From Bugula neritina (Eukaryota; Animalia; Bryozoa), in the NCBI GenBank assembly GCA_964035545.1, contig OZ037769.1:4197929-4261928 (forward strand): a stretch of DNA of 64,000 nt. The letters run 5' to 3'. This document shows positions 14,637-30,073 of the stretch, one piece after another (within the stretch, counting starts at the first letter, position 1; each line of letters starts with the position of its first letter). The notes beneath the pieces were generated by a model. It made no database searches. It saw only the letters and a list, made by a program, of their open reading frames with translations, and was not told the DNA's origin. The position numbers were made by a program, and so were the translations under genes.

Positions 14637-15687
14637 AACAGAGTATACCATGGCCCACACCTTTGCAATAGTAGAAACTTATAGTTTTACTAAAGCATAT
14701 TTAAAAGGTGTGTAAACCCAAGCCAGAGTGCTCAAGTGACTCTAGGGGTCACCTAGGAGTCACGAGCATTGCTAAATGCTAGCAGCTTGAGTTTGTGACC
14801 ATGGTGAGAGTGCTCAATCGTTTAATGTCATTGCTGAGCATTAAATGAGAGCATTATATAGGGAGGAAGGATTACTGAATATATGAGAGGAAGTTTAACT
14901 TACAATGGTTACAGTAGAGAGAATTTCTTCTTCCTGTTTACTAAACAAAGCTTTCGACTGGACTCGTAGAATTTCATCATAGGGCAGCTGGTGAATTGCT
15001 GACATTGCCAACCTAACAAGTTACCTTACAATGGTTATACTAGTAATATTGACATAACATATATATATATCCTAATAAATTAGGTTAATTGTTTTCTTTG
15101 ATGATATAGGTAAAATAATTTGATTGAATTATCTTGTAAATTTGATTTGACAACAGAGAGTTATGAATATCCTAGGGTTGCTATTTATTACCACAGAAAT
15201 TAAACCGCAATTGTTTTATTATCAAATGAGCTTTGAGTAAATCGATAATTACTCCTACAGGTTTATCTTTACGTACAATATCACAATAAACCTGAAATAT
15301 ATTCAGCTGTATTGCCCCAAACTTTTGCACAGAAAGTATGCCAGGGCCATAGACCTTTCAGATATGCTTGATGAATCTTGTTTGATTTTTTTAAAAAAAT
15401 ACTTAGAAATATAACTAAGGATGCCGCCATGTAAAAGTTTGTAGATTTTAACATTCTAAGTTTGAAAATATAACAAATTTATTACTTTTCAATGTTATAA
15501 AAATGATTCACAGCATCTTTTGAGTCTAAAATTGCTTTGACATCTGATACATTCACTGAAAGTGTTACTGGTGCATGCATGCAGTCAAAGTCGTAGAAAA
15601 TGGTACTCTCATGTCAGACATATATATATGTATGTAACAGATCGCTCGACCAGTTGTAACTTCTGTATAATCATACACTTAAACATT

Positions 15688-15907
15688 AAAACTCCCTCAC
15701 CCAAGTTTATAGTCACTATCCCTGTGAGAACCCCTGATAGAAAGAGTTTTTGTTAAAGCTGGCTAAAAACTTATTTAAATGAGGCACAGGAGCAATTATA
15801 ACTGGATGCTCTTCCTAACATCACCAATGGCCTTTGTCAGGGCTCGAACTCATAACCTTTGTGTTTACTAAGCAAACGCTCTAACCCTTAGACCACAGCT
15901 TCTCCCT
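15688..15907 (-). mobile_element. Full-length copy of the same SINE
   Basis: Reverse complement aligns with 16552-16772; TSD ACTTAAACAT at 15677-15686 and 15910-15919. Confidence 0.85.
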
Positions 15908-16551
15908 AAACTTAAACATCAAACAATGTGGAAAATCTTCTATTGCAAATAATAAAACAAAGTTCAACCCTCTGTCACTGATAGGGTTACTGCCACTGTA
16001 ATCTCATAGGATTATCTATAAAATTATATGAGCTTAGTTCAAATCTGTGACAGGTACCAAGCAAAACATTAACATGCCATGGTTTAAGCATGATTTAGTA
16101 CTGCATGTTCAAAAGTCGATGCTAGCAGTCTAGCCACGTAAGTTAATGGAATATAGTAGTTTGCAGCAATATAACCTATAAGCTGTAGACGAAGAAATAG
16201 TATTCATGCCATGATGTAAAATAGTAATAATTTCTTGCCATGTAAACTATAGCCTTCATGCTATGTGTAATAGTATTCCGTAGTATGAAATCCTAGGTAT
16301 TTCAAGTCTAGCTCTCCAGGCTCCTGAATTATTTTTAGTGAATAATCAGATGTTGTAGTATCCACCACTGTCACAGTGATCCCCTCTGATTACCACCAAA
16401 CGCTGGAGACTTTCTTCGAGTTATCCTCCCATGCGAATAAATAAATTTTAACAGGTATTTCTTATCTGTTTCAGGTAAAATACAGAGTAAGGTAGTGCAA
16501 TCACGGAGTCGGTGCAATAGATTGTTACTTACTATATATGAACAAAAATGA

Positions 16552-16772
16552 GGGAGAAGTCGTGGTCAGGGGTTAGACCGTTTGCCTAGTAAGCAGGAAG
16601 GTCATGGGTTTGAACCCTAACCAAAAGCCATCGGTGATGTTAGGAAGAGCATCCAGTCATAATTGCTCCTGCGTCTCATCTGAATTATAAGTCTTTAGCC
16701 CGCTTTAACAAAAACCCTCTTTATCAGGGGTTTCTCACAGGGATGGTGACTATTAACTTGCGTGAGTTTTTT
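16552..16772 (+). mobile_element. Full-length tRNA-derived SINE with target-site duplication
   Basis: A box (GTGGTCAGGGGTTAG), B box (GGGTTTGAACC), core TTAGGAAGAGCATCCAGTCATAATTGCTCC, T-rich end. TSD TATATGAACAAAAA at 16535-16548 and 16773-16786. Confidence 0.85.
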
Positions 16773-17447
16773 TATATGAACAAAAAAATGATGCGTAAAA
16801 ATTATGAGACGAAGAGATGGTTTAAGTTAATATAATATTATAGGAGGACCTGCACATATAGTTGTTGAATAGCAAAATAGCAATTCGTTTTTAATCTTCT
16901 TAGCGATCAAAAACTCTAGGTTTGTTTACATGTGGTAATAAATCTATTTGTGCTTATATAGATGGTTGCTAACTAGGTGAGTGAAAGTTGGTTCTGAGAG
17001 TTTTAGAGCAGTGGGGAAAATATCAGGTGACGTGAATTACCACTACTTATGTGTATAGTAAGCCTGGCATAGATGTTTTAACAACAAAGAGTTTACCAGA
17101 TTAAAGGACTGGTAGCACAAACTGATGCAAAGTCAAAAATTACTGACATTGATGCTTTGTAGATGTGTGACCAGCTTTTAAAGTTACTAATAACATGAAA
17201 CCAGTCTCTGTAGCCGTTTCAGCAACCAAAAGTTGAACAACATCTATACATAATCAGGTTCTTTTATGAGCACACATAAAGTATCACTGAGGTGAGGTCC
17301 TTATTAATTAGTAACATTATTGAGTCTTACTTATTCTTTGAACATGGTCACCATCTTCTCTGCTGTTTTTGAGGAGAAAAAGTAATTCACAGTCTTATAA
17401 TTATAATAGAATCAGACAATGAAGACCAACATATCTTTCCAGCATAG

Positions 17448-17757
<310 letters not shown>

Positions 17758-18235
17758 TTTTTTTTTTTTCGAAAAGTGCTAAATAAAATAAAAACATATT
17801 GGTAACTGCATAATTCATTACTGCATACTATACAAGCGTTATATCAATATTGATTCATTGTGCTGTTGAAACCAAATGTTGATGACACTCATTTGTTATA
17901 GCTGATTTATTCAAACATATCTTGTTGGAGCAGGACAAACTTATAAAAAAAATTTCTTATTGGAACAAATGACATCATATCGATGTAATATATTTGCAGC
18001 ATTTACAAATTTTATAAAATTTAATTTCCAATTACTACAATCTATAGCAATAGCTTTTTAGCAAAATAACATAACATTAAGATGCAAAATAAACGCATCA
18101 TGGAATAAAAAACCTTACAGTTTTCTGCAGTATTTAGGTCAGAATATGTCAAGGCTGTTTTGAATGATTCTTTATTTGTTTTCAATTGAAGATTACACCG
18201 ATTACATAACACAGTTAAAACATAATTATTATATT

Positions 18236-18254
18236 GCATGTATTTTGTATATAA
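18236..18254 (+). promoter_or_regulatory. Extended TATA motif of paralogue E (GCATGTATTTTGTATATAA)
   Basis: Same motif about 100-110 bp upstream of the ATG in all five paralogues. Confidence 0.65.
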
Positions 18255-18356
18255 GGCAATCTTTGGCTACTGTCCTATGCATTCTTTTACATAATTGATT
18301 GCAGCTAGTGCGTTATATCTCAAAGTTTTACTTCTTTGTAACTTATAATTTGAAGA

Positions 18357-20686
<2,330 letters not shown>

Positions 20687-22209
20687 AAGATTTTATTATT
20701 GAGCAACTTTTCTTTAATGTCTGCTACTCTAATATGCCAATAAAATTTATTTGTTTCCCTTTGAATTTAGGCTTTTGTGTAATGACTAAGGAGGCTATGA
20801 AATTATTGAGGCTATACATATACACATATTATACAGTTTTTGAATAAAAGCTAATTGATGCAATTATAAAATATAATAATTGAAAAAAAGTAAATAACTG
20901 CATGCATGGTTCATGAATTTTTATTACTCAATATTGCATGTGTCAATTGCTTGTACTAAGAGAGCTTCAAGGTTGAAATGAAGTGTTTCTAGGCTATAAA
21001 AAAAGCTAATAGAAATTTAATATTGATTAATTAATAAGATCAACTATTAGGTACAGCAGCTTTATATCAACATATTTATTATTAGATTTGCAAGCCATTG
21101 GATAATTGCGGTATATAAATATGAATTTAGCAAACAAAGGTGTTGTGATAATTATGACATTATTAGTAGCAATGTTTAATATTAGAAGCTCTGTCAGTAC
21201 GTATATAGGCATTATATTATATTGCTTGCAAAACATTTTATATAAGCACCTTAAATTTTTCAATTGCATTATTAACACATGTCTAATAAAGCAAAACTTT
21301 GGCACCTGTTAAAATATTTCTAAATTCAAATATGTTGAATAGGACATAATTTCTCTACACTAACTCAAAGTTGTCTGTATAGTATTACCAATGCCTATAA
21401 ATTTATATATTTAGTATATATGAAGTACTGCAGGGGTTGTACCAGGTGTGTTTATAAGATCTTTAACATTAGCAAGCACGAAAATATATAATAGGTTATA
21501 CAGAGTTTTTTCATTGAAGTTATTTTTAGCTCTGTGAAATGGAGCACATGTGAATACCTATAGTACAGCACAGATGCAGAATAATAACACAGCTATAGAC
21601 AATGAGTTGCTACAAAATCCTCTATAGCTGTAGCGAACTACAACCTAATAACATTGTAATAATACTATTCAAATATTGAATGAATTTACAATAAACCAAA
21701 TTGATTCAGCATTTTTAAAAGCTAATGTTTGTGGTTCCCATGCTTTAAAGTTTTTGACTTCCAAAAATAAAGCTGACACAGCTGGCAAACTTGTTATCTC
21801 AAGTGTTATTTTAAAACAATAATTGTGCTCATAAAAAATAATATATAACCTAACCTTTTTAATAGCAGAATAATGGCTTCCTCTCTCAATTGGTTATTTT
21901 TCTGCCACGTAAGCATAATAGGAAATGGTCATTGATGATATGTTTTTAATTATGGATATAATATATTATTATTAGAAATGTATATGAATTTTATTTGCAC
22001 ATACATAGATCATATTAGCTGTATTGCATGCTTGTATATAAAATGGAATGTTCTAGCAACATTTCTTCACATTTCCTTACATAAGCATTTCCGATGTATT
22101 TTAAAAATTCAACATTATAGCAATTCTATTAGAAATGTGTAGGTACAAGTTTACAGTTTAAAATTTATCATACAATAAACTTGTATCATTAATTTTGCTA
22201 ATAATTTCT

Positions 22210-23040
22210 TTTCTTATCCCGATGTAGTCAGTCACAGTTTGATTTGGTCTACTCTTGAGAGTGTAGGTCTGGGCATCACTTTTAGTAAAGAATGTGTTTT
22301 TCAGTGCCAGGTCACATGTTCTCTAGCTAGCATAGTTCAAAACCCTTTCTTTTTCTGCATTGATTTTTAAACGTATCTTACCATCATTCTATTTTTTAAA
22401 ACCATATCTCTGTACTCCAACATGCTCATTGACATCTCCGGCAACAATCAGTTCCTCCGAAGTGGGCATACTTATAGCTGTTCAATTTGAGTCCAGACTC
22501 TGTCTTTTCCCTTCTTTTCACATCCTTGTTGTGGCGTGTAGGCTGACAAGATGCTATTGTTCTGTCAAGGCATTACTAGCTTCACACTCATTTCATCTGA
22601 CTTCCTCTCTACTTCTATAACCTTGTCTTACCATTCCTCTTTCAAGCAAATAGCAACTCCATTCTTTGGTCTTCCTTTTCTACTGTAGAATAGCTAGATG
22701 CCTTCACCTATATGCTTCTTGCTTTTCCACTAGATTTCTCACCCGTTTATTTTGTTTCCATTATGCCAATGCTTTGCCTCACCATTAGATCGGCAATCCT
22801 GTGACTCTCATCAGTCAGCGTTCCGATGTTTAAGTTTGCTATTTTGATCTCCTGTAGCCTCGCATACTTCTCACAGGGTCAGCTAAGCAATTTAACCTCT
22901 GCGCATTGCTGAACATGAGGGATGCCCTAGTATGAACTGATATCTGTTGGTTTTCAAGCATACTCATGGTTTGAGGCTGTGATGTTTTACCGGACGGATG
23001 CTCTTTCTGTCACCGAACCCTCTGTCTTTATCTGGGCTGC
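22210..23040 (-). mobile_element. RTE-clade LINE 5' fragment (AP endonuclease), decayed
   Basis: Minus strand gives IKIANLNIGTLT..METK..IGEG..LFYS..GRPKNGVAICLKEEW..LIVAGDVNEHVG..DLALKNTFF, with stops and frameshifts. Confidence 0.8.
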
Positions 23041-23857
23041 TCACCCCAATCATATAGTGCATCCCATGGTCAAATTGACCAAAGGAGGCAAAATTGATAT
23101 TATTCCCTGGTATGTTTTTTATTATCCCAAACTATGTTTACCATAGCACTGACCTGCCTTAATTATTTTCTAATGTCTGAAACATGAATTGTACGACATC
23201 GACTTCTATAAACTAGGAGTTTGATCGCATACTTGGTTTTTTTTTCATAAACTACAATAATATGTGCACGGCGGCCATTACCTGCAGAGTTGTTGACTTT
23301 AAACTTACGTAAACTTGTTAACTGATAGAGACAGAATAAAATAAGATATCTTCGTACGGAAGTAAATATTAAGATGCCCTCATTTTTCAACATTTTCCCA
23401 ACATTTTTCTAAAGTGACTGTTCAGGCTAAATGTTTAAGAAATACTAAATACTTATTTGATCTATGTCAGAGACATATTAATTGTAACTTCCCGTTATAA
23501 AATAATGTGTTAAGCTGTCATATATTATGACTGATGAGATTTATATTCTGCCGTTGACTTAATATTTTAGCTTCACTGACCTGCAGCTAACATTCCATTC
23601 CAATGTTTGTAATTTCACCAATGTCATCTCTTTCATTTACAAAACAAGATCCTCCAATCATCAATTAATTGCTACCTGAAGTGTTATTCTAAACCACTAA
23701 AAGCAGCTACACATAATCTCGCTTTTTTATCCCATAAAAAGTTTCTGCAACTTGAAATTAGGCACAAGGTAAATTTATTAAGGGTGATAGTGCTTTGACC
23801 TCATAACTTATTATTAATATGATGATACATCTCAATTTTATTAGTATGAGGTATATT

Positions 23858-23874
23858 GTATGTTTTGTATATAA
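23858..23874 (+). promoter_or_regulatory. Extended TATA motif of paralogue C (GTATGTTTTGTATATAA)
   Basis: Positionally conserved across the family, 102 bp upstream of the ATG. Confidence 0.6.
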
Positions 23875-23969
23875 ATGTACACTCAAACTATTGAAATCTT
23901 TACAATTCTTTACATATACACATTGTCTATGCAATTTATGAACTCAATACAATAAAATCTTTATCAGAT

Positions 23970-25628
23970 ATGGGTAAGTACATTATCATAAAAAGGATTT
24001 CGTCTTTTTTTCAAAAAATTAACCAGCAAATATGACATTTTTGTGCTTACAAGAATTGCATTTTAAAATACAAAACATGCATTATTGGTTTTACTATGAT
24101 GAAATCCTTTTACTTATTTAATCTGAAAATTTATAAATTGTTTCCTTTAAAATAAGTTTTCTTCATTGGGATTCGAAATTGAGGCCTCCGGCTTGCAAGC
24201 AGGCGCTAACATGGGCAAACTGGGTGAACTCACCATTGCATAATATACATGCACTGCTTAAGTAATTTTACTATACAAAACTAACTATCAATGTTGCTAT
24301 TAAATAAGTTGATTTAACTTCAAACTAAAGAACTCAACGTAACAAAAATATATAATGTATATTATGGTAATTTGTAGTGTCTGTAAAAGTTACGGTAGCA
24401 TTATTATGCGCTGTTTTTCTATTCACTGCATGGTAAGTTTTATTACATAATAATAATATATTGTGGTTAAAAAATGACTTGTGCAAAAGTTTTATATAAA
24501 ATTTCTGGCAGCCTCAAAATTTTATAGTATATTATTGTGAAATGATGCTTTATCTCTTTTCGAAAGTTGTATATGAGCAACTTTTATTTACCGTTTAGCA
24601 TGATATAATTACACTTATTTTTACACATTTTATTATAGGTACTATTGAAGTAGAGAGCAAAAGTTTTAGCAATAATCTTAGTAACTATCCCAAATATAAT
24701 TATATGCCTGTAATTATTCTATATTTGTAAAGTTAAAAAAGTAGAAAGTTTTTAATACAAGAGAAGTAAAAAAATAATCAAATATATAAAGTTATACATA
24801 CCAATCTTTGCAGTTTGTGAAAGAAAACTCTATGAGGTATTTTGCGCATTCAAAATGAAAATTTTGACCAAGAAGCCGGCTGATTGTTTGAGGTTCGTAT
24901 ACAAGTACAACAAATTTCACCCTTTGAAATATGACCTAACTCTAATACGTAATAGCGCATCATTATTCATATAGTATATATTTAGAGGAAGAGTAATGCT
25001 GCAAGTAGCCAGTAAGAACTGTGTTACTAAAGACCCTGTGAAGCTGCTATTTCAAGAACTTCAGGTTGCTCGACTTTTCACAACCAACTGCAAAACCATT
25101 GATTATCCAGAACATAATAAGGCTTAGTTCATATCAATTTATTGAGAAAAGTTGGCAAAAAAAAAAATTTTTTTGCAAATTGAAACATGGAGTTTGTATG
25201 CTTATTTACTGTATTTTTAGCATGCGAAAAAGTTCCATACTGTCTGAATCTGCTGTTTAATAAAAGCGGGAAGACAATTCTTTGGTAAGATAACTTATTA
25301 TATTACAGTTTCAGAGTTACACTGTATTTTTCAATAATTTATCAGCAATTTATAGTATTACTAATTATCGCATGACAACACAAGGCTCAAATCCTTGGTT
25401 TAGTGTCTTTCTTTGCTTCAACTTTAGAAAAATAAATTTTCTCAGCATCGATCCAATCTAAACGATTAAAGATTTTGCATGAGTTTTTAATTTTTGTTTA
25501 GGTTTTACTGCTTTTTTAAATTTTATTTATATGTAAACTAAATGTATAGTTCCAGTTGCTATTCAAAAAACTTTCAATAATCATTTGAAATAAGAACTTA
25601 TACTTTAATTAAAAATTTATATATATTT

Positions 25629-25726
<98 letters not shown>

Positions 25727-25932
25727 AAATTGTATTCTAATTGTTTTTACAGTCACAGAAAAAATTAGTCGACAGCTGCTTCAAGAATGTTATAAAAAGA
25801 TGCTTATTTGCCAAAAAGTATCAAGAATTGGTCATTAAACAAGCTTTGCTGAAAGTCTGTAAATCTAACAAGTCTTATACCCATAAGAAACCTGTCCTAA
25901 TTTTTTGTCCAAGTTACTCAACTAATAAATAA
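23970..25932 (+). pseudogene. Paralogue C of the Cys-rich secreted family, 7-exon layout with three lesions
   Basis: Exons 23970-23973, 24378-24432 (55 nt, extra CATG before the donor shifts frame), 24639-24680, 24814-24892 (ICERKLYEVFCAFKMKILTKKPADCL), 24986-25116 (donor GTAAG changed to ATAAG; read-through stops at 25125-25127), 25221-25284 (CEKVPYCLNLLFNKSGKTIL), 25753-25932 (one A missing in an A run; LVDSCFKNVIKRCLFAKKYQELVIKQALLKVCKSNKSYTHKKPVLIFC...). Confidence 0.8.
25633..25722. repeat. (TA)n in intron 6 of paralogue C
   Basis: Direct reading. Confidence 0.97.
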
Positions 25933-26959
25933 TAATTTTCGTTTAATAACTAATTGCATTATTCAGCTTATAAAATTAATGCTTGTGAGACTCAAATTGA
26001 CTAAATACCAACTTGAAAATCGTATTAAAGTATTTTTTATAATTTGAAGATGGTAAATTGAACAGAATTAAAATGCTCTTTTTTTCTATAAACTGAACTA
26101 AAATCAGTTTTCTTTGTCCTTAAGTCAATAATATTAGCTGTTGATACAATAAAAGTGACATATATACCAGCAGCTTCTTGCTTAGTTTCCATCACAGACT
26201 TTTCTTATATAAACTAAAACCATTTCAAATCAATTGGTAGAACATCTTATTGCACCTGAAGATGTCTTTGAGTTGATGTTAGGTAACGAATCAACGTATT
26301 GCCACAAAAATCAAGTCTAAACTGTCATTGACTGCAATGATATACTATATATACTATATTTTATATTTTATATAAATTATGTTTAAAAAGTATTCAAAAG
26401 ACAGCAAGTGTTTGTCAAAGTGCAAAATCAATTCCAATAAGTCTTCCGTATATATAAAGCTTTTTTCCCTATTAGAAAAATCCTAAAAAAAACTTATAAC
26501 AGGTGGTTTGCATATTTACAAAAATATGTCCCATAATATAGCACATTATATGAATCAAAATCAAAATTTTATGCTATATATATACTTGTATGCATAAACA
26601 AAATGCAAGTAAGCACGAATGCAAATATATATAATGCAGGTGTGTCAGAAAAGTTTTTTTAGTTTTTTTTATTGAAAATTCATATACTATAAGCAATTGC
26701 AATCATTTAAATCTAGACAAACACTGCTGACAAAATATCATTATCTATAAGACATGTGTTGAACCCAACCTTTTAGTATGCATAAAATTTATAATTTTAT
26801 TCTAATTATTCTACATTAAACTATTGCAGAAACAATTTAAACTTATGCGGGTCAATACTTTTTCAAGTCATAAAAATTATAGTTTATTATAGCTGTTATC
26901 TTTGTTAGAACCCCGTATAGAAAGAACTTTAAAACCAGTTATTTCATGTTATTTGTATG

Positions 26960-27070
26960 TGGCGCAGAAGTAATTATGACTGAATGCTCTTCCTAACATC
27001 AACAATAGTCTTTACTGGGTTTCAAATCCATGACTTTGTGCTTACTATAGGCCAAATACTCTAACCCCTA
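26960..27070 (-). mobile_element. Partial SINE copy (tRNA head plus core)
   Basis: AATTATGACTGAATGCTCTTCCTAACATC..CATGACTTTGTGCTTACTA..CTCTAACCCCTA. Confidence 0.7.
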
Positions 27071-28380
27071 TATGCGACATATATGACAAAATTGTTATTA
27101 AATAATAAGTTTAAACTTTAATGCATTCATTTTATTGACATGAATTAACAGGTTTTATATACAAATGAAAACTTTATAGTTTAATAGCTTAGATGTGCAT
27201 GGGCAACTTCTAAAGCAGTTCAATTATTCAACAAATTATAAAATATAAGTTTATATTATTAAATTAATTAGTTTGGGACACACAAAAACCGATCAATATA
27301 AAAATTATCTTATTTTGATAGATTTAAGAATTATCAAAACCAAGTGAATATGTAAATGCCAAGGTTGCACAACTTCCAATTGTGGTTTAAGTATCTGATA
27401 CATTAGTAAACGTTCAATTATAAGTTGAATTGCAAATTTTATAAGCACTATATGTTTTATTCAGTTCAATTAATTTATACTAATTTACTGTAAGCTTACA
27501 AAAAAACTTTTTGAGAACATGTACAATATTAAATAATACTTTATGCATGTATATATGCATGCCATGCACTAAGTCGATATTTATTTGCAAAAGTATTTTA
27601 GCAATAAATTTTTACAATTTCATTTGCCTCTTATTTATGGTTATTTTAAATATATATAAAACCGAAAGCTTATGCTTTTGCTAAGTAAGTATTATATGCT
27701 CTAATTTACTTAAATATAAAATAATAAATAAATAAACAGGCTGTGTTGACTTTTTCTTTGCTTGTTGCTGTTTCAAAGGCACTAAAAATGTTCTTTGTGC
27801 ACCCAATTTATTTCACTTGCATGCCTATAATTATAAAGCCTTGGTTACTTTTTACGCATAATTGTGCAGTTTTTTATTTGACTTTTTTCAATTATATAAT
27901 ACAAGCATAATTATGATGCAAACAATATTTTTTATCAAAACTACTTGTTTGCAGATTTTGGTTGCTTTTGAAACATTTTACAATGCTTAATTAAAAAAAC
28001 TGCATAATATTATTTTTAAAATTTGACAAAAACATACAGTTATGTAAATTGCTCATTACAACAGATATGCAATAGCAATATATTATAGTCAATAAAGTGT
28101 AGTATGACCAGATAGTTTGTTTATAATATCAACAATACAAATGTAGAGCCATATAAAAGTTTATTTAGGTTTAGTTTTATTTTAAGGTTTTTCTACACAC
28201 AGTTTAGAATTTGCAAATAAAATTTAAGTAAAAATTGAAGTACATTATTAGAAAATATGTTTTAATAACGAGTTTGTTTACGTTTTAATTACCGAACATG
28301 TGTTTTTCATGTGTTCCAAAAATGAAGATGCATATCAAGTGTTTTGTAACTAAAGGTCACTAATAAAAACATCAGATTTT

Positions 28381-28578
28381 TTAATGTTTATAACATTTAG
28401 GTGCAACTGGCTTCTTCATAGTAAAAGACTTATGATTAGATTTACAAGCTATTGGGTAAGCTCGTGTGATAAGCATTTTCCGATACTTTGCTGCCACAGA
28501 ACATTCATCTTCGGCATTTGCGTAACATTTGTCAGCTGCTCTCTTCTTATCACTAAAATTAGAGTTGGAGCATATAGC

Positions 28579-28630
<52 letters not shown>

Positions 28631-29964
28631 CATAATATAAAAGTGCATAAAATAGGTGGCTTTTCAATTTTGTATGCGCATGCGTTTCAAATATATTGTA
28701 TTGCTAAAAGTAATTGAAAAAGTACTATGCAATTGTGTATATGGGACATATAGGCCTATAGAAATGTCTTACCACAGAAGTTTCTTTCCCCCTTTGTCAA
28801 AAGCAATGCTTAGACAATCTGCAAGCTCTCTACAATCTAAATAGTAAAAAGAAATTAGAATTAGAACAATTTCTCAATTGAATAATATACTCAATAGCAT
28901 AACTTTAGCACAAAAAAAATACAATTTCTTCTCACCGTATGATGGATAATCAATGCCTTTGCAGTTGGCCTCAAACAACTTGATGTATTTAACTCCTATA
29001 AACGCTAGTTTGATAGTATCATCTGAAACGCAGCCTGCTAAAGATTCCGTTACAAGGCTCCTGGCACTGCATGAAATAAAACAAAGACCATGACGTCTTA
29101 GATAATCATGCTAACAATATAAATGGCGGATTGAAATTAGCTATATTTTTGTAAAATAACAAATTACTAAATACTTGCAAACCTCAAACAGTTGGCACGC
29201 TTCTTTGTTTTAACCAGCTTTTCAAATTGGCAATATATCTTGTCAAGAGTCTTCTCACAAACTACAAAAAAATTTTCAAATACTTAATTATCTGAGTTAA
29301 TTTTTGTTTATTCAGTAACTTCTTGGCTATAAACAAACCGTATCCATAGAATTTGTAAGACCTACCATTCTTGGAACTTTTGCTCTCTACTTCAACAGTA
29401 CCTAAAGAATACAGACAGCAGGATAATTCTATAAGCAGTAATATATAAAGTTTTTTAATACTTGTGCATATAGTAGTAAGACATTGCTTTTATATGTTAT
29501 GTTCTTATGAGAAAATATGGCTCACAAAATATGTTTTTTACCTTCCTACCGCAATCATAAGAAAAGAAGTTTTGAAACTTACCAATAAATAGAGCAACAG
29601 CACACAAAGCAATGATAACTTTCACAGACACTAAAAATAGATTAACATATAATAATAGAGTTACACATATTTTGATATCATTTTATTTATGTTGTTCAAA
29701 TAAATAAAAAAACATGTCTAAACTAGTATACAGCTCAAATTGCATGAGCAAATTTATGTATATAAATTTAAAAATGTTTTACCAGTTTAAACTATAGTAA
29801 TTAAAGTATTTTATACAAAGAAATGAACAGTTTGTATTTTATACATAAGACATATTTTTTCTGAAGTAATTTTGTATATGTTTTGTGTTTATATTTTAAC
29901 ATATTCATTTCCCACAAATAGACACAAACAAATTTGTTCACATTATTAACATATGTTTACCCAT
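28381..29964 (-). CDS. Secreted 12-Cys two-module protein, paralogue D, 7 exons, 177 aa: MVSVKVIIALCAVALFIGTVEVESKSSKNVCEKTLDKIYCQFEKLVKTKKRANCLSARSLVTESLAGCVSDDTIKLAFIGVKYIKLFEANCKGIDYPSYDCRELADCLSIAFDKGGKKLLCDKKRAADKCYANAEDECSVAAKYRKMLITRAYPIACKSNHKSFTMKKPVAPKCYKH*
   Basis: Exons 29964-29961, 29630-29583, 29401-29366, 29261-29183, 29066-28936, 28836-28773, 28552-28381 (4/48/36/79/131/64/172 nt). All introns are GT-AG and the joined frame is open to TAA. Hydrophobic N-terminus. Exon sizes (except exon 3) and phases match the paralogue at 60810-62817. Confidence 0.9.
28581..28628. repeat. (TA)n in intron 6 of paralogue D
   Basis: Direct reading. Confidence 0.97.
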
Positions 29965-30056
29965 TTCTGATATATCTTTATTACTCTGTTAGTTTCTTGA
30001 AGGATATACAAAAGATGTGTATCTAAAGTGTAAATATATTCAGGGAAACCATCTCT

Positions 30057-30073
30057 TTATATACAAAACATGC
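30057..30073 (-). promoter_or_regulatory. Extended TATA motif of paralogue D (GCATGTTTTGTATATAA on the minus strand)
   Basis: About 99 bp upstream of the ATG at 29964. Confidence 0.65.

Noticed and set aside
16552-16625. Possible tRNA genes (also about 9838-9910 and 30300-30357)
   Set aside because: A/B boxes are present but no clean cloverleaf; they are SINE heads or decayed fragments.
25341-25400. Extra exon that might rescue the frame of paralogue C
   Set aside because: No counterpart in B or D, and it stays phase 2-2, so it does not fix the exon-7 frameshift.
26255-26310. CTGAAGATG-led possible hammerhead
   Set aside because: No convincing stem II or GAAA box.
28773-28836. Resemblance of AFDKGGKKLLC to stanniocalcin (FDTQGKAF)
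   Set aside because: Only a few residues match and the Cys spacing does not; insufficient to assign a gene name.
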